Of a stretch of DNA of 64,000 nucleotides, positions 1-13,569 are shown in pieces (within the stretch, counting starts at the first letter, position 1; every line of letters begins with the position of its first letter). The notes beneath the pieces were generated by a model. That model worked only from the letters and a program-made list of their open reading frames with translations, ran no database searches and was not told the DNA's origin. The stretch spans positions 558,001-622,000 of the forward strand of contig CM097885.1 of NCBI GenBank assembly GCA_044892525.1, in the 5' to 3' direction. The stretch comes from Schmidtea polychroa (lineage: Eukaryota). Made by a program: the position numbers and the translations under genes.

Positions 1-50
1 CAACAGATTCAAGTCTAAATAAAATTCAATCAAAAGCAATAACACTGGTA

Positions 51-298
51 AGTAGGACTCCAACCCACTTTCAAGGTCATGAAATATGTCCAGATCAAAT
101 ATAGGTCAATTGAATCATTTATTTTTAAATTAACATTTTCTTTATTTACTTCTTTTTAATTTTTTCTTTTTAATTATATTAATTAATTATTTTATTTTGT
201 TTTATTTTAATTACTTACTTTAGTTAATTTTTAATTTATTACATTAATTAATTTCTTAGTTTATTAATATTTTATTTTAATTACTTACGCTATTTAAA

Positions 299-362
<64 letters not shown>

Positions 363-560
363 TATTTTATTTATTTCTTTATTTTTTCTTAAATTTTACA
401 TTCATTATATTCTAACAAGAGAGTTAATTATAACAATAATATTTCAATTTGTATAAAATTTTAATTAGTAATTATTCAATTTGAATAAAATATTTATTAG
501 AAATTATTTAATTTATTATAAAATAAAACGCTGTGTTAATTTTAAATAAACTGGATATTA
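51..560 (+). repeat. Diverged inverted copy of the family-B pPolB-element terminal repeat, including an (ATT)n microsatellite at ~301-361
   Basis: AGTAGGACTCC...CACTTTCAAGGTCAT...GTCCAGATCAAATATAGGTCAAT is the diverged reverse complement of 33241-33300 and 58594-58650; 1-930 recurs at ~56730-57617. Confidence 0.7.
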
Positions 561-1034
561 ATTTTTTGGAAAAAATAAATAAATAAAATAGTCTAAAAGG
601 TTAAATTATGGTCTAAAATTTAAAATTTAAAAATTGAAAATTGAAAATTAATATCTAAACTAATCAAACTAAATCAAACGCTATAACCTTAATTCAAGAA
701 TTCACTAAAGTAGATCAGAAGATATTAATTATCAAAATGTAACAAAGACTCTGAAATTCATCAAATTTATCTAATGACCTGGTGATATTCAATACCATTC
801 TCAAGAATGCTAAAGTCGGGAATTCTTTGAATTTAACAAATAAATAAAAAATTAAATAAAAAATTATTGTTGATTATAGTTTATCATTAATTATTTTTTT
901 GTTAGGGGTTGTAAAGAAAATACTTTGTCAACACAAGATTTTTAAACTTATTAACAAAAAGTTGGAATAATAGTCAGTAATTGAGAATTGAAATTTTTTA
1001 ATGAAAATCTTTAATAGAAATGTTTTAAGATAAT

Positions 1035-1332
1035 TTTTAATGATAATAAAAAGAAAGAACCTTATTTAATGCTATATCCTCTATAGCACTTAAAAAACTC
1101 TCGACGCAATCTAAACCTATGAACTGTTGATAAGATTTAGATCCATCAAAGTTATTTACAAGTAAAAGACCAGAAGATATTGGCATGTGTCGTTTGAAAT
1201 GAACATTATCAGAAGGTAAAATAGCCTCAAAATCGGCATCAACTACAAAAGGAGGAGTTACTGTTTTCGACCAGTCAGTAAACTGTAATAATTTATTTTG
1301 AGGGAAGGTGTAAATAGTTGTTCCTAACTGAT
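1035..1332 (-). pseudogene. Fragment of family-C pPolB (second copy at ~5080-5375)
   Basis: Reverse complement of ~38070-38360 (encodes FTDWSKTVTPPFVVDADFEAILP). Confidence 0.85.
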
Positions 1333-2559
1333 TTTTTATGTGTTTAGTTAATGTTTATATGTTTTGTTATGTGTCTAGTTATTTTTATGTGTTTAGTTAA
1401 TTTTTATGTGTTGTATAGTATTTGGTTGAAATAATAATATTATTATTAATCTATAAAAAAAAATTTCATTAAAAAAATTTACTTAAAAAATTAATCCACT
1501 AAAATTTTCGTTGAAAATTATCTTAAAAAATTTTTATTAAAGATTTTCATTAAAAAATTTTTCAATTCTTAATTACTGACTATTATTCCAACTTTTTGTT
1601 AATAAATTTAAAAATCTTACTTTAATTTTCTTATTACTTTAATTAAAAAATTTGAAACTTAATTTACTTATTTCAGCCCATTGATTACCAAATATATCTA
1701 TTAATTTACTTTAATTCAAAAATCTTAGCCCATAATTTACTATATTTCAATTTTTAGACCCTTAATTTACTGTAATTCAATTTTTGAACCATCATTTACT
1801 TTAATTTTAAATTTAAGAACCATAATTTACTTTAGTTTAAAAATTTGAACCTTTATTAACTAATAAAAGTTAAATTATCATTTTCAATTAATATTTTACA
1901 AACATAAAATTACAATATTTGAAATTCTAAATATCTCTATTAACATGTTTGCAATTAATTTTAAAAATACAAAAATTTTACAAAATTTTCAAATTGAATA
2001 TTATATATTTTTTTAATTTGCATTTGATAATGTTTATTCTTAATAAGATTTTCCCATGAGAAAATTCATATTTGTTTAAATGCAAAACTTTAAATTTAAT
2101 TCTATAAAAAAAAATTATTTTTCAAGACGTCTAAAAGCTCTAGGACAAGAAGAAAATACAGTTTAGAAAGGTAGTGAGTGAATTTCCTAATGAATTACAG
2201 AAGGGTATAGGACAAAGTTCCAGTTCTCTATTCTCAATTTATCATCAATCAGCAGCAACATTGACAAAGTTTATCTTAAACAAGCTGCAAATTTATATAT
2301 AAAATTACATAAAAATTGTTGATAAATTGTTAAAGTTTTAATAATATATTTCGAATAATAAAAATTTCCCTTGATAAAATTCTGAATATGAAATAAATAT
2401 TAAAAATTATATTAAAATTTAAAACTGTAAAAATTTTAAATTTTATTTATAAATTTCATTTTTAAATTGTTTTATTAATCAATTTATTAGAAAATAATCT
2501 TAATGAAGCATTTTAAGTATTATTTTAGTTTTAACTAATTTTTCTAAATTTTATTTAAA

Positions 2560-3600
2560 TTTATTTTTGTAGTCGTTTATGATATGGAGGCCTTTAAGCA
2601 GTTAGTCTTAGTTAACGTAGCTCTCTTTGCTGGAAATAATACAAATTACCTTTTACCTTGACTGCATTGATGGAGGTGCTACTCGTCATGAACCTACCTC
2701 ATGCAGTTATCCATTTGTATGCCGAATGTCCTTTACCGTCAAACTTCCTGTGGCTTCGTCATAATCGTTCTTATTGGTCTAACAATGTACCGCACTACGT
2801 CGATCCCTCTTATAAGGTTTCTGAATTTCAACATTTTGCTCTTATCATAGCCCATTTTTGACTGCTTTGGTGACAACATTAGAGTGCCTTCTTTTATTTT
2901 TTACCTTTTTAGGATCTGACCTTCACAGTGGATACATAAAGATTTTCAGCAAAAGCCTCAGCGATATGTCCTTGTAATTTCATTTATTTCCATTTTCAGC
3001 GTAGATTAGACTAGTAATGTCGTGTAATTCTGAACACTTCTCATGCTTTCTTTCTTTATTTTCAATTTCTAGTTTATTATTTACATCCATCATTTTTATT
3101 TTTATTCAGATATTGCATTTATTATTTCTATGTAGATAGTTTAATACCTAAATCGGTATTCCTTACTAAATCGAAAGGTTTAAGCGGTCCTTACACATGC
3201 ATCATACTGATCCCAGTTGGTGTATAAAATAAACTGCATTGATGAAGGTTCGAACCTTCATCGTTTTCTCTCTTGCAGTCAGTCATTTGTGTGGACCTTG
3301 TATTTCTTTGTCTTTTTTGCCAGATCCTCTATCTCAGTGGTAGATAATCCTTAGTATTGTGTATATTTACTTTACCAATTTACTTTTACCAACTGTGCTT
3401 TAACAGCTTCGTACTCGGCCAGTGAGCTTATCCTTTCATCCCTGCACTCTTCAATTCGCCTATCACGCTTCGCAAATAGAACCTCTGCTACTTGTTTGAA
3501 TTCTTTCTGTGCATTCGAACCCCAACGGCAACTACTTACTCTTGCCGCTAGTATCTTTTTAAGTGTCCTAGTTAAAACTGAGCACGCTCTTCCTCTATTT
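2560..3600 (-). mobile_element. Degenerate, internally deleted R2-like non-LTR retrotransposon fragments (second copy ~6760-7800)
   Basis: 3390-3490 resembles 9015-9120 and 3505-3580 resembles 10045-10120; the minus strand near 2790-2830 gives QKPYKRDRRSAV, similar to QRLFQKDRSAA of the 8968 ORF. Confidence 0.65.
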
Positions 3601-4469
3601 TTGAAGGCTTTCTTAAATCGGCATCCAAGCTAGTTCGCTGGTCATGTTTTCGGTTATTGGGAGTCATTTCCCAATATTTTTGATTTCAAGCTTTGGCTGG
3701 GTGCTTTGTTTTGCCTGTGTTTTAATAGAATGGGAATAGGTACCTTTTCTCGGAGAGATGCTTTTTCAGGAATGGTGGTGTTGAAGTGATGGACTCCTTC
3801 TCCTGGTAGTATTCCTCACTATATCTGCTTATGTTTTTGATGTAGCTTCTTTTGCATTCATTCTGTTTTCGTCTAAGTACCTAATGATATAGATAAATAT
3901 TGGAACTGGGGCATAATTTATTCATAATCCGAAGGCTTCAATGGTTATACGTCAGCTGCCTCCTGGCTTCTCTGATAAAGTTCTCTTTTTCTCCTTGGAA
4001 TTGCCGCCTATTTCTGCGCAGTGCTAGGAATCTTATATTGGAGTGATTCTCCGAAGCACTGGTAAACGGCGGGAGTTATATTGTAACGATTGTTTTTGGA
4101 ATATTGCATGTAATATTTTTACGGAAAAGAGGTGCTAGGAAGTGATTCTCCTAAGCGCTGGGAAACGGCGGGAGTAATCTGGTAATAATTTGAGTTTCTG
4201 AATAACATTAAAGAAATATTTTCACGGTAAAAAAGGGGACCTCCATCCGGCATTGGATCATCCTCCTGCAGCAGAATTATCTTTTTCATTTTCCTTAACT
4301 TTTAATTTTTCTATTTCTTTAAGCTTTTTATAGAAAACTTTATTATCCTTTTCTATATTTGAAAATTTTACATTATTAAAAGCGAAAATATCATTAATAC
4401 CGCAATTTTGATTATTAATTACCGTTATTTTAGCTTTCGGATAATTTTGAAATAATAAATATGGCATTT

Positions 4470-4720
4470 TCATGCTTTTCCTTGTCATCGGGCGAGATTT
4501 TTTTCCAATCGGCCAGTGTGATTCCATCAAGTCCTGGAGCAGTGTTTTGGAGTACTGAGAAGATTTATTATTTAGGATCTTCGTTATCTCCCTTACTACA
4601 AGGGACTTGGGATGTAGACCAGTCGTCCACCGTAAACACTACTTTAACCACTGGAACAATCATGTGAGTCATATCAAATGTCTTAAGTGAATAAGGAAGT
4701 TTGGAATTAGAGTCGAACGA
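4470..4720 (-). mobile_element. Non-LTR RT fragment, domain-0 region (second copy ~8670-8920)
   Basis: Minus-strand translation NTAPGLDGITLADWKKISPDDK matches the SPGxDGI motif that precedes non-LTR RTs. Confidence 0.6.
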
Positions 4721-7700
4721 ACGAACTATATAGTCGCGAAGTCCAGCTAAGTGCTCATTTATTTTTAATCCATTGGCGTCTCTTGTAGGAACAACGGTTT
4801 ATTCCATTTTGCCAATTGTGACCTGACCGCTTCGTTCTCGGCCAATAAGCTTATCCTCTCATCCCTTAATTAAATTTAGCAAATAAATAAAAAATTAAAT
4901 AAAAAATTATTGTTGATTATAGTTTATCATTAATTATTTTTTTGTTAGGGGTTGTAAAGAAAATACTTTGTCAACACAAGATTTTTAAACTTATTAACAA
5001 AAAGTTGGAATAATAGTCAGTAATTGAGAAATGAAATTTTTTAATGAAAATCTTTAATAGAAATGTTTTAAGATAATTTTTAATGATAATAAAAAGAAAG
5101 AACCTTATTTAATGCTATATCCTCTATAGCACTTAAAAAACTCTCGACGCAATCTAAACCTATGAACTGTTGATAAGATTTTGATCCATCAAAGTTATTT
5201 ACAAGTAAAAGACCAGAAGATATTGGCATGTGTCGTTTGAAATGAACATTATCAGAAGGTAAAATAGCCTCAAAATCGGCATCAACTACAAAAGGAGGAG
5301 TTACTGTTTTCGACCAGTCAGTAAACTGTAATAATTTATTTTGAGGGAAGGTGTAAATAGTTGTTCCTAACTGATTTTTTATGTGTTTAGTTAATGTTTA
5401 TATGTTTTGTTATGTGTCTAGTTATTTTTATGTGTTTAGTTAATTTTTATGTGTTGTATAGTATTTGGTTGAAATAATAATATTATTATTAATCTATAAA
5501 AAAAAATTTCATTAAAAAAATTTACTTAAAAAATTAATCCACTAAAATTTTCGTTGAAAATTATCTTAAAAAATTTTTATTAAAGATTTTCATTAAAAAA
5601 TTTTTCAATTCTTAATTACTGACTATTATTCCAACTTTTTGTTAATAAATTTAAAAATCTTACTTTAATTTTCTTATTACTTTAATTAAAAAATTTGAAA
5701 CTTAATTTACTTATTTCAGCCCATTGATTACCAAATATATCTATTATTTTCATTAAAAAATTTTTCAATTCTTAATTACTGACTATTATTCCAACTTTTT
5801 GTTAATAAATTTAAAAATCTTACTTTAATTTTCTTATTACTTTAATTAAAAAATTTGAAACTTAATTTACTTATTTCAGCCCATTGATTACCAAATATAT
5901 CTATTAATTTACTTTAATTCAAAAATCTTAGCCCATAATTTACTATATTTCAATTTTTAGACCCTTAATTTACTGTAATTCAATTTTTGAACCATCATTT
6001 ACTTTAATTTTAAATTTAAGAACCATAATTTACTTTAGTTTAAAAATTTGAACCTTTATTAACTAATAAAAGTTAAATTATCATTTTCAATTAATATTTT
6101 ACAAACATAAAATTACAATATTTGAAATTCTAAATATCTCTATTAACATGTTTGCAATTAATTTTAAAAATACAAAAATTTTACAAAATTTTCAAATTGA
6201 ATATTAAATATTTTTTTAATTTGCATTTGATAATGTTTATTCTTAATAAGATTTTCCCATGAGAAAATTCATATTTGTTTAAATGCAAAACTTTAAATTT
6301 AATTCTATAAAAAAAAATTATTTTTCAAGACGTCTAAAAGCTCTAGGACAAGAAGAAAATACAGTTTAGAAAGGTAGTGAGTGAATTTCCTAATGAATTA
6401 CAGAAGGGTATAGGACAAAGTTCCAGTTCTCTATTCTCAATTTATCATCAATCAGCAGCAACATTGACAAAGTTTATCTTAAACAAGCTGCAAATTTATA
6501 TATAAAATTACATAAAAATTGTTGATAAATTGTTAAAGTTTTAATAATATATTTCGAATAATAAAAATTTCCCTTGATAAAATTCTGAATATGAAATAAA
6601 TATTAAAAATTATATTAAAATTTAAAACTGTAAAAATTTTAAATTTTATTTATAAATTTCATTTTTAAATTGTTTTATTAATCAATTTATTAGAAAATAA
6701 TCTTAATGAAGCATTTTAAGTATTATTTTAGTTTTAACTAATTTTTCTAAATTTTATTTAAATTTATTTTTGTAGTCGTTTATGATATGGAGGCCTTTAA
6801 GCAGTTAGTCTTAGTTAACGTAGCTCTCTTTGCTGGAAATAATACAAATTACCTTTTACCTTGACTGCATTGATGGAGGTGCTACTCGTCATGAACCTAC
6901 CTCATGCAGTTATCCATTTGTATGCCGAATGTCCTTTACCGTCAAACTTCCTGTGGCTTCGTCATAATCGTTCTTATTGGTCTAACAATGTACCGCACTA
7001 CGTCGATCCCTCTTATAAGGTTTCTGAATTTCAACATTTTGCTCTTATCATAGCCCATTTTTGACTGCTTTGGTGACAACATTAGAGTGCCTTCTTTTAT
7101 TTTTTACCTTTTTAGGATCTGACCTTCACAGTGGATACATAAAGATTTTCAGCAAAAGCCTCAGCGATATGTCCTTGTAATTTCATTTATTTCCATTTTC
7201 AGCGTAGATTAGACTAGTAATGTCGTGTAATTCTGAACACTTCTCATGCTTTCTTTCTTTATTTTCAATTTCTAGTTTATTATTTACATCCATCATTTTT
7301 ATTTTTATTCTGATATTGCATTTATTATTTCTATGTAGATAGTTTAATACCTAAATCGGTATTCCTTACTAAATCGAAAGGTTTAAGCGGTCCTTACACA
7401 TGCATCATACTGATCCCAGTTGGTGTATAAAATAAACTGCATTGATGAAGGTTCGAACCTTCATCGTTTTCTCTCTTGCAGTCAGTCATTTGTGTGGACC
7501 TTGTATTTCTTTGTCTTTTTTGCCAGATCCTCTATCTCAGTGGTAGATAATCCTTAGTATTGTGTATATTTACTTTACCAATTTACTTTTACCAACTGTG
7601 CTTTAACAGCTTCGTACTCGGCCAGTGAGCTTATCCTTTCATCCCTGCACTCTTCAATTCGCCTATCACGCTTCGCAAATAGAACCTCTGCTACTTGTTT

Positions 7701-8967
7701 GAATTCTTTCTGTGCATTCGAACCCCAACGGCAACTACTTACTCTTGCCGCTAGTATCTTTTTAAGTGTCCTAGTTAAAACTGAGCACGCTCTTCCTCTA
7801 TTTTTGAAGGCTTTCTTAAATCGGCATCCAAGCTAGTTCGCTGGTCATGTTTTCGGTTATTGGGAGTCATTTCCCAATATTTTTGATTTCAAGCTTTGGC
7901 TGGGTGCTTTGTTTTGCCTGTGTTTTAATAGAATGGGAATAGGTACCTTTTCTCGGAGAGATGCTTTTTCAGGAATGGTGATGTTGAAGTGATGGACTCC
8001 TTCTCCTGGTAGTATTCCTCACTATATCTGCTTATGTTTTTGATGTAGCTTCTTTTGCATTCATTCTGTTTTCGTCTAAGTACCTAATGATATAGATAAA
8101 TATTGGAACTGGGGCATAATTTATTCATAATCCGAAGGCTTCAATGGTTATACGTCAGCTGCCTCCTGGCTTCTCTGATAAAGTTCTCTTTTTCTCCTTG
8201 GAATTGCCGCCTATTTCTGCGCAGTGCTAGGAATCTTATATTGGAGTGATTCTCCGAAGCACTGGTAAACGGCGGGAGTTATATTGTAACGATTGTTTTT
8301 GGAATATTGCATGTAATATTTTTACGGAAAAGAGGTGCTAGGAAGTGATTCTCCTAAGCGCTGGGAAACGGCGGGAGTAATCTGGTAATAATTTGAGTTT
8401 CTGAATAACATTAAAGAAATATTTTCACGGTAAAAAAGGGGACCTCCATCCGGCATTGGATCATCCTCCTGCAGCAGAATTATCTTTTTCATTTTCCTTA
8501 ACTTTTAATTTTTCTATTTCTTTAAGCTTTTTATAGAAAACTTTATTATCCTTTTCTATATTTGAAAATTTTACATTATTAAAAGCGAAAATATCATTAA
8601 TACCGCAATTTTGATTATTAATTACCGTTATTTTAGCTTTCGGATAATTTTGAAATAATAAATATGGCATTTTCATGCTTTTCCTTGTCATCGGGCGAGA
8701 TTTTTTTCCAATCGGCCAGTGTGATTCCATCAAGTCCTGGAGCAGTGTTTTGGAGTACTGAGAAGATTTATTATTTAGGATCTTCGTTATCTCCCTTACT
8801 ACAAGGGACTTGGGATGTAGACCAGTCGTCCACCGTAAACACTACTTTAACCACTGGAACAATCATGTGAGTCATATCAAATGTCTTAAGTGAATAAGGA
8901 AGTTTGGAATTAGAGTCGAACGAACGAACTATATAGTCGCGAAGTCCAGCTAAGTGCTCATTTATTT

Positions 8968-10910
8968 TTAATCCATTGGCGTCTCTTGTAGGAACAACGG
9001 TTTATTCCATTTTGCCAATTGTGACCTGACCGCTTCGTTCTCGGCCAATAAGCTTATCCTCTCATCCCTGCACTCATCAATACGTCTAAGCCTATAACGC
9101 TTCGCAAATAGTACCTCTGCCAACAGGGCTGGCACACCCAGCCCCCCATTTTTAATTTTACTATTTATAAATGATGAACAAGTATCGGTTGGCAGGTGTA
9201 ACCATTTGCGAACCGCGCCTCTAGTCATTTTATCCAATACCCCTAGTTCGGTGGTATCGGTTTCCCCCAGCATAGCCTCATGTAAGATACCTGGTATCAA
9301 AAAGTCACTAAGCACCTCTAACTTTTGTTGCGGCTTAATAGGTGCCCTCGTAATATACTCAAGACGTTTAGTATAAAGATTGGATAGCTTTTTAGTAGAG
9401 CGACCAAGGGCTCCAAATTGGATCCCCAAATACTTATAGTAGTAGTCAGCTGACAAGGCAGGGAACTCTTCCCCATCAGCACTTACCTTTTCGTTAGTAA
9501 CCATCCATTTTTTCTGCTTGCCGTCCCATCGCGCTATAATGGAGGCACTCTTACTTGGATTAACACTAAGGCCATTAGAAGCCAATTCATTTAAAACCGT
9601 TGTTAACAGGTGTTCTAACCCCGCTTTGGTTTCACTAACTATTACTAAGTCGTCGGCATACGCCAAAATGGGATAGGTTATTCCCCCCAACTTATAGCCA
9701 ATACCAGTTTCAAATGCTTTCTGGATGGCGAGATCGATTACATTGTTGAACAGCGCGGGTGAAAGCGGGTCGCCCTGTTTCACCCCCCTGTTAAACTTTG
9801 CCCCAATGCCATCGACCGTAGTTGTAGCATTGTTATAGCTCTCTTTAACCAACCTTAAAAGCAATTCGGGATAACCCGCTAGTTTCGCCGCTCTCATGAT
9901 ACTATCATGATTCACAGAATCGAAGGCCTTTTTCATATCGACAAAGGCAATTGCTACATTCCTAAATTTAGTTCGCGCATCAGAAAGGATGCAATCCAGC
10001 AAAGTGGTGTTTTCAAGGCACCCATCCACTGGCTTAAACCCCTTCTGTGCATTCGAACCCCAGCGACAACTACTTACTCTTGCCTCCAAGATCTTATTAA
10101 GTGTCCTAGTTAACACTGAGTTAACGGAAATAGGCCTATAGTCCCCTGGACTTTTGGGGTTTTCAACTTTTGGGATTAATGAGGTTCGTGCTGTCTTTAA
10201 TACTGGGGGTAAATGTCCTAGAGCTAATATAAGATTAAACAACTTGAAGAGCGCAGCATGCGGTATAGTTATCAAGGCCTTCGCGCTAATGCCTTCAGGA
10301 CCACTAGCCGTTTTCAATTTCATCTTTTGCACAGCAGCTGCGATCTCCTCTAATGAGATGTGTGCAGCTACTGACTTATCCTCAGTTGTCCTCTGGACAG
10401 GCCGGGTATCGGGTTCAGACTCTTTTTCGAAAACCTGTTTCCAATAGTCCCCTCTACCCGGCATTGGATCATCCTCCAACAGCAGACTATCCAGCTTACC
10501 TTCAAGGATAGTGCTAGCGGCCGCACTTCGATCCTTCTGGAATAATCTCTGCAAAGCACCATAAATAGCTCTCTTCCTAGCTACCTTTATGTGCTTTTTA
10601 ACCTTTGTACCATCCACGGGGACCTGGTACGTTTGGTTAAACTTGTTTTTCCTCTTTTTGAGTTTTACTTGAAACTGCTTAGTTACTGATAAGCAATATT
10701 CACTGATATACAATAAACTCGTTGAGAATTTTCATCTTCAGTAAGGATGATCCTATCCAGTTGGTCCTCATGCCAAATGCTATGACCCTTGCTTCGAGGG
10801 AATTTCCTTAAAATAGTCATGATGTCTGGAGATGGACTCGGGGCTTGTGGGTTCTCCATCGCCTGCTCCATGCCCATCCCCTTCCTCTTGTCTTCTAACT
10901 CTTTAAACAC
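8968..10910 (-). mobile_element. R2-like non-LTR retrotransposon, RT region (581-aa ORF 8968-10713 plus frameshifted upstream piece), truncated at both ends
   Basis: ASGPEGI, YRPISV, QKGF, GVKQGDPLSPALFN, LAYADDL, YKYLG, APIKPQQK and GGLGVP motifs; no CCHC or endonuclease C-terminus retained. Confidence 0.85.
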
Positions 10911-11084
10911 TGCTTTATATTAAAAAAAAAAAAAAAAAAAAAAATCAAATTTTATTTTAATCAATTGACGGCACTTGGCCAAGAAGGGGAGAACTTCTCA
11001 CCCTTAGAGTTCTGTAGCTTTTAATTCAATGACCGATGGATACCAGAGTTATAAACTCAGGTATCAGAACGTGGGTTTCCAAAT

Positions 11085-11545
11085 GGGTTGGAGTAATTGG
11101 AGTATTTGGAGTAATAGGAGCAGTTGGAGTAATTGGAGCAGTTGGAGTAATTGTAGCAATTGGAGTAATTGTAGCAGTTGGAGCAATTGTAGCAGTTGGA
11201 GTAATTGGAGCAGTTGGAGTTGGAAATCGTCATTTAGTTGGGAGAAAGATGGTGTCAGATTTATGGATTCTGCAATAGTGGTAACATTATCGTGGTAGAG
11301 TTTTGGGAAGTCATCATCGTAGGAGTTTTCAGTAGTTTAAAGATTTGGTGCAAGTGTTCAGAATTTAGAGGTTTGGATTGGTCTTGATAGGTGGAGGTGA
11401 TCGATATTGCAAGATTATTGATGTTGGTGTATATTTCACTGTTTGGATTGATTGTAGTAGTTGGCGTGAATGGAGCAGTTGGAGCAAATAGAGCGGTTGG
11501 AGTAAATGGAGCAGTTGGAGTAAATGGAGCAGTTGGGGAGTTGGT
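11085..11545. repeat. 9/18-bp minisatellites (GCAGTTGGA/GTAATTGGA) in two blocks; minus strand reads as degenerate Pro-Thr-Ala-Pro-Ile/Phe-Thr repeats
   Basis: Periodicity visible at 11085-11225 and 11455-11545. Confidence 0.75.
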
Positions 11546-11787
11546 TGAATTAGAGAGTTTAGATATTTATATAGTTGATTAATAATAGTTAATAATATAG
11601 ATAATAACCATAAAACACAAATAGAATAGGATAATGCTCTGAGTACATATTATATACGAAATATCTGGAATTCAAGATTGGTTTAATAAGAGACAAAGAA
11701 AATTGTAAAAGGGTGATATATAGTAACCATAGAATACATATAAATAAAAGATGCTTTGGCTACAAAAAGATAGATATATAAGTATAA

Positions 11788-13569
11788 TTAATTTTTATAT
11801 ATATGTTGACGATATATTTGGTAGCTGCTATTGATTGCAGCTACACATGCTATTTTGGCTAGCTCCTTTATTTCTTTATTGGATAGGCCAATAATTTTAA
11901 GTATCGAGTCATTATTTTTGTCCCATGAGCCAAGGGTGCCAACTACGAGGGCATGTAGAGTGTATGGGCATTTATGGAGTCTACCAATTTCCTCTCCTAG
12001 TTCCTTATATTTATTATAGTTGTTTCTCCTAGAGTTGTCGTAGTTTTCTCTGTTACGCTTAGACTTTAGAAGAAGATCGGGCTTAAGGGTGGAGTTGGTA
12101 CCTTCAGGTATTTTCTCTATGTCTACTTCATAGTTAACAGATATAAGGAAGTTTGCCACAGTTTCTAGGACATTATCATGCTTATTTCGTCTTGCATTAA
12201 TACGTGCTTGGCAATGATTGAAGATGTGTGCAGGTGTTTCCGGGTGGGCATGGCAGTGCCGGCAGAGTATAGATTTATTAGTCTTTAGGCGGTGTGGTGA
12301 GTAGTTCAGTTTTAGAAGGTTGTTGCGTGCGCGAATAAGAAAAAGGAATTGGGCATCAGGAAGGATGTCACTTTTAAAGAAATAGTCGGCAATGTTGCTT
12401 TCGCTAATTGCCTTTGCCATATAGCCCTGGCATTTCATCGCACACCAACGTTCAGCATGGATAAGGCCAATAATGGAGTGCAGTTCAGCTGACGTTCTAT
12501 CCACATTACCCAGGGAGAAGTAATTGATACGACTCTTATATTTTATTTCAAGCTGTAGAAGATCCTCAAGCATTATGATTTTCGTAGATATACCGTATTT
12601 AAGAAGCAGACGTCGGGCCAATTTTTTAAATTTCGAGAAGATGGAGAATGTTGGGTAGGTTTTAGAGAGTTGGCCATTCAGCCAGGACAGTGCAACATTT
12701 AAATCTCCTTGTCCTCTAGCCTCGATAAGTTCGGCAGTAATGAGAGTCTTAAAGTTAAGATCGCTAGAATTTAATGCCCTAATAAGCTGTACAATGCTTT
12801 GAATAAGGTATTCTTCAATGGAAGATACAAGTCCAAGTCCTCCAAGCTTGCAAGCTGCATATAAGAAGTTGTCATTCAGTTGCATTATCTTATCTCCGAT
12901 GGATCTTTTAATACCCTGTTTAATTTGCAGGTCAAATCCATATTGTTGTATTTCAGAGTTACGAAGGATGTTGCGGGGAGAGTCTAGAATGTTATGGTTT
13001 ATAACACAGTTTCTAAAGGTAAAGCGAGAGTGGATGAAGACTTTAAAGGCGTTAATTTTTTGCGAGGGGTGTAATTTTGTTTGTGTCCTGAATTGCAGAG
13101 TCAAGTCTTTCTTTGATGCAGTGTTTAGATATCTGTACATATTAGAATCATCAATTTTTGGTAGGGTTTCGCCGTAGAGTAGAATGGGTTGGTAGCTGCA
13201 GTCGTGGTCAACGTGGAAGTATCCAGATTTCGAAGGTTTAAAACGCAGATTAACTTTTGTTGCAAGGGAGACAGTAAGAGATAGGGCCGACTTGATGTTG
13301 GGGTAAGAATCAGATATGAGTACTATATCATCAGCATATGCAAGGATGCTAATGTTGTGATTATGAAAAAGAAATGGATGAGTTTGTAATACACTGCGGA
13401 GTATGAAATCAATGGATAGACAGAACAGAGTCATGGACAAGGGGCAGCCTTGTTTCACGCCTTTATAAATTGGTGTATAATCAGATTTTTCACCTTCACA
13501 ATCGAAGTAAGTTTGTACATTGTTGTACATGTCTTGAAGAAGAGCAATAGTAGTGGGGTGGAGACCCAT
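11788..13569 (-). mobile_element. 5'-truncated RLE-clade (NeSL/Utopia-like) non-LTR retrotransposon: RT, CCHC finger and restriction-like endonuclease, defective
   Basis: GVKQGCPLS, LAYADDIV, GGLGL, CRHC-x8-H-x4-C, RNKHDNVL, LKPDLLL and VVGTLGSW motifs; apparent in-frame deletions after YRYL and after PDLLL. Confidence 0.88.

Larger units (their letters stand above)
831..9069. repeat. Near-identical tandem duplication of ~4.0-4.2 kb (831-4866 and 4874-9069)
   Basis: Identical ORF translations offset by 4203 bp; copy 2 has an extra ~160-bp internal duplication near 5747-5905; copy 1 breaks off inside the R2-like 3' region at 4866. Confidence 0.95.

Noticed and set aside
3230..3290. Hammerhead ribozyme at TGATGA plus hairpin
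   Set aside because: No CTGANGA with a correctly placed GAAA core on either strand
10922..10944. Poly(A) as a retrotransposon tail
   Set aside because: It is on the wrong strand or end for both neighbouring minus-strand elements, and no TSD was found
10965..11000. Weak resemblance (minus strand) to the U2 snRNA 5' end, the Utopia target
   Set aside because: Short, gapped match without the branch-point-pairing or Sm regions, and not at the element boundary
11029..11582. WSN- and VGVIGA-repeat ORFs on the plus strand
   Set aside because: Artefacts of a 9/18-bp minisatellite read in alternative frames
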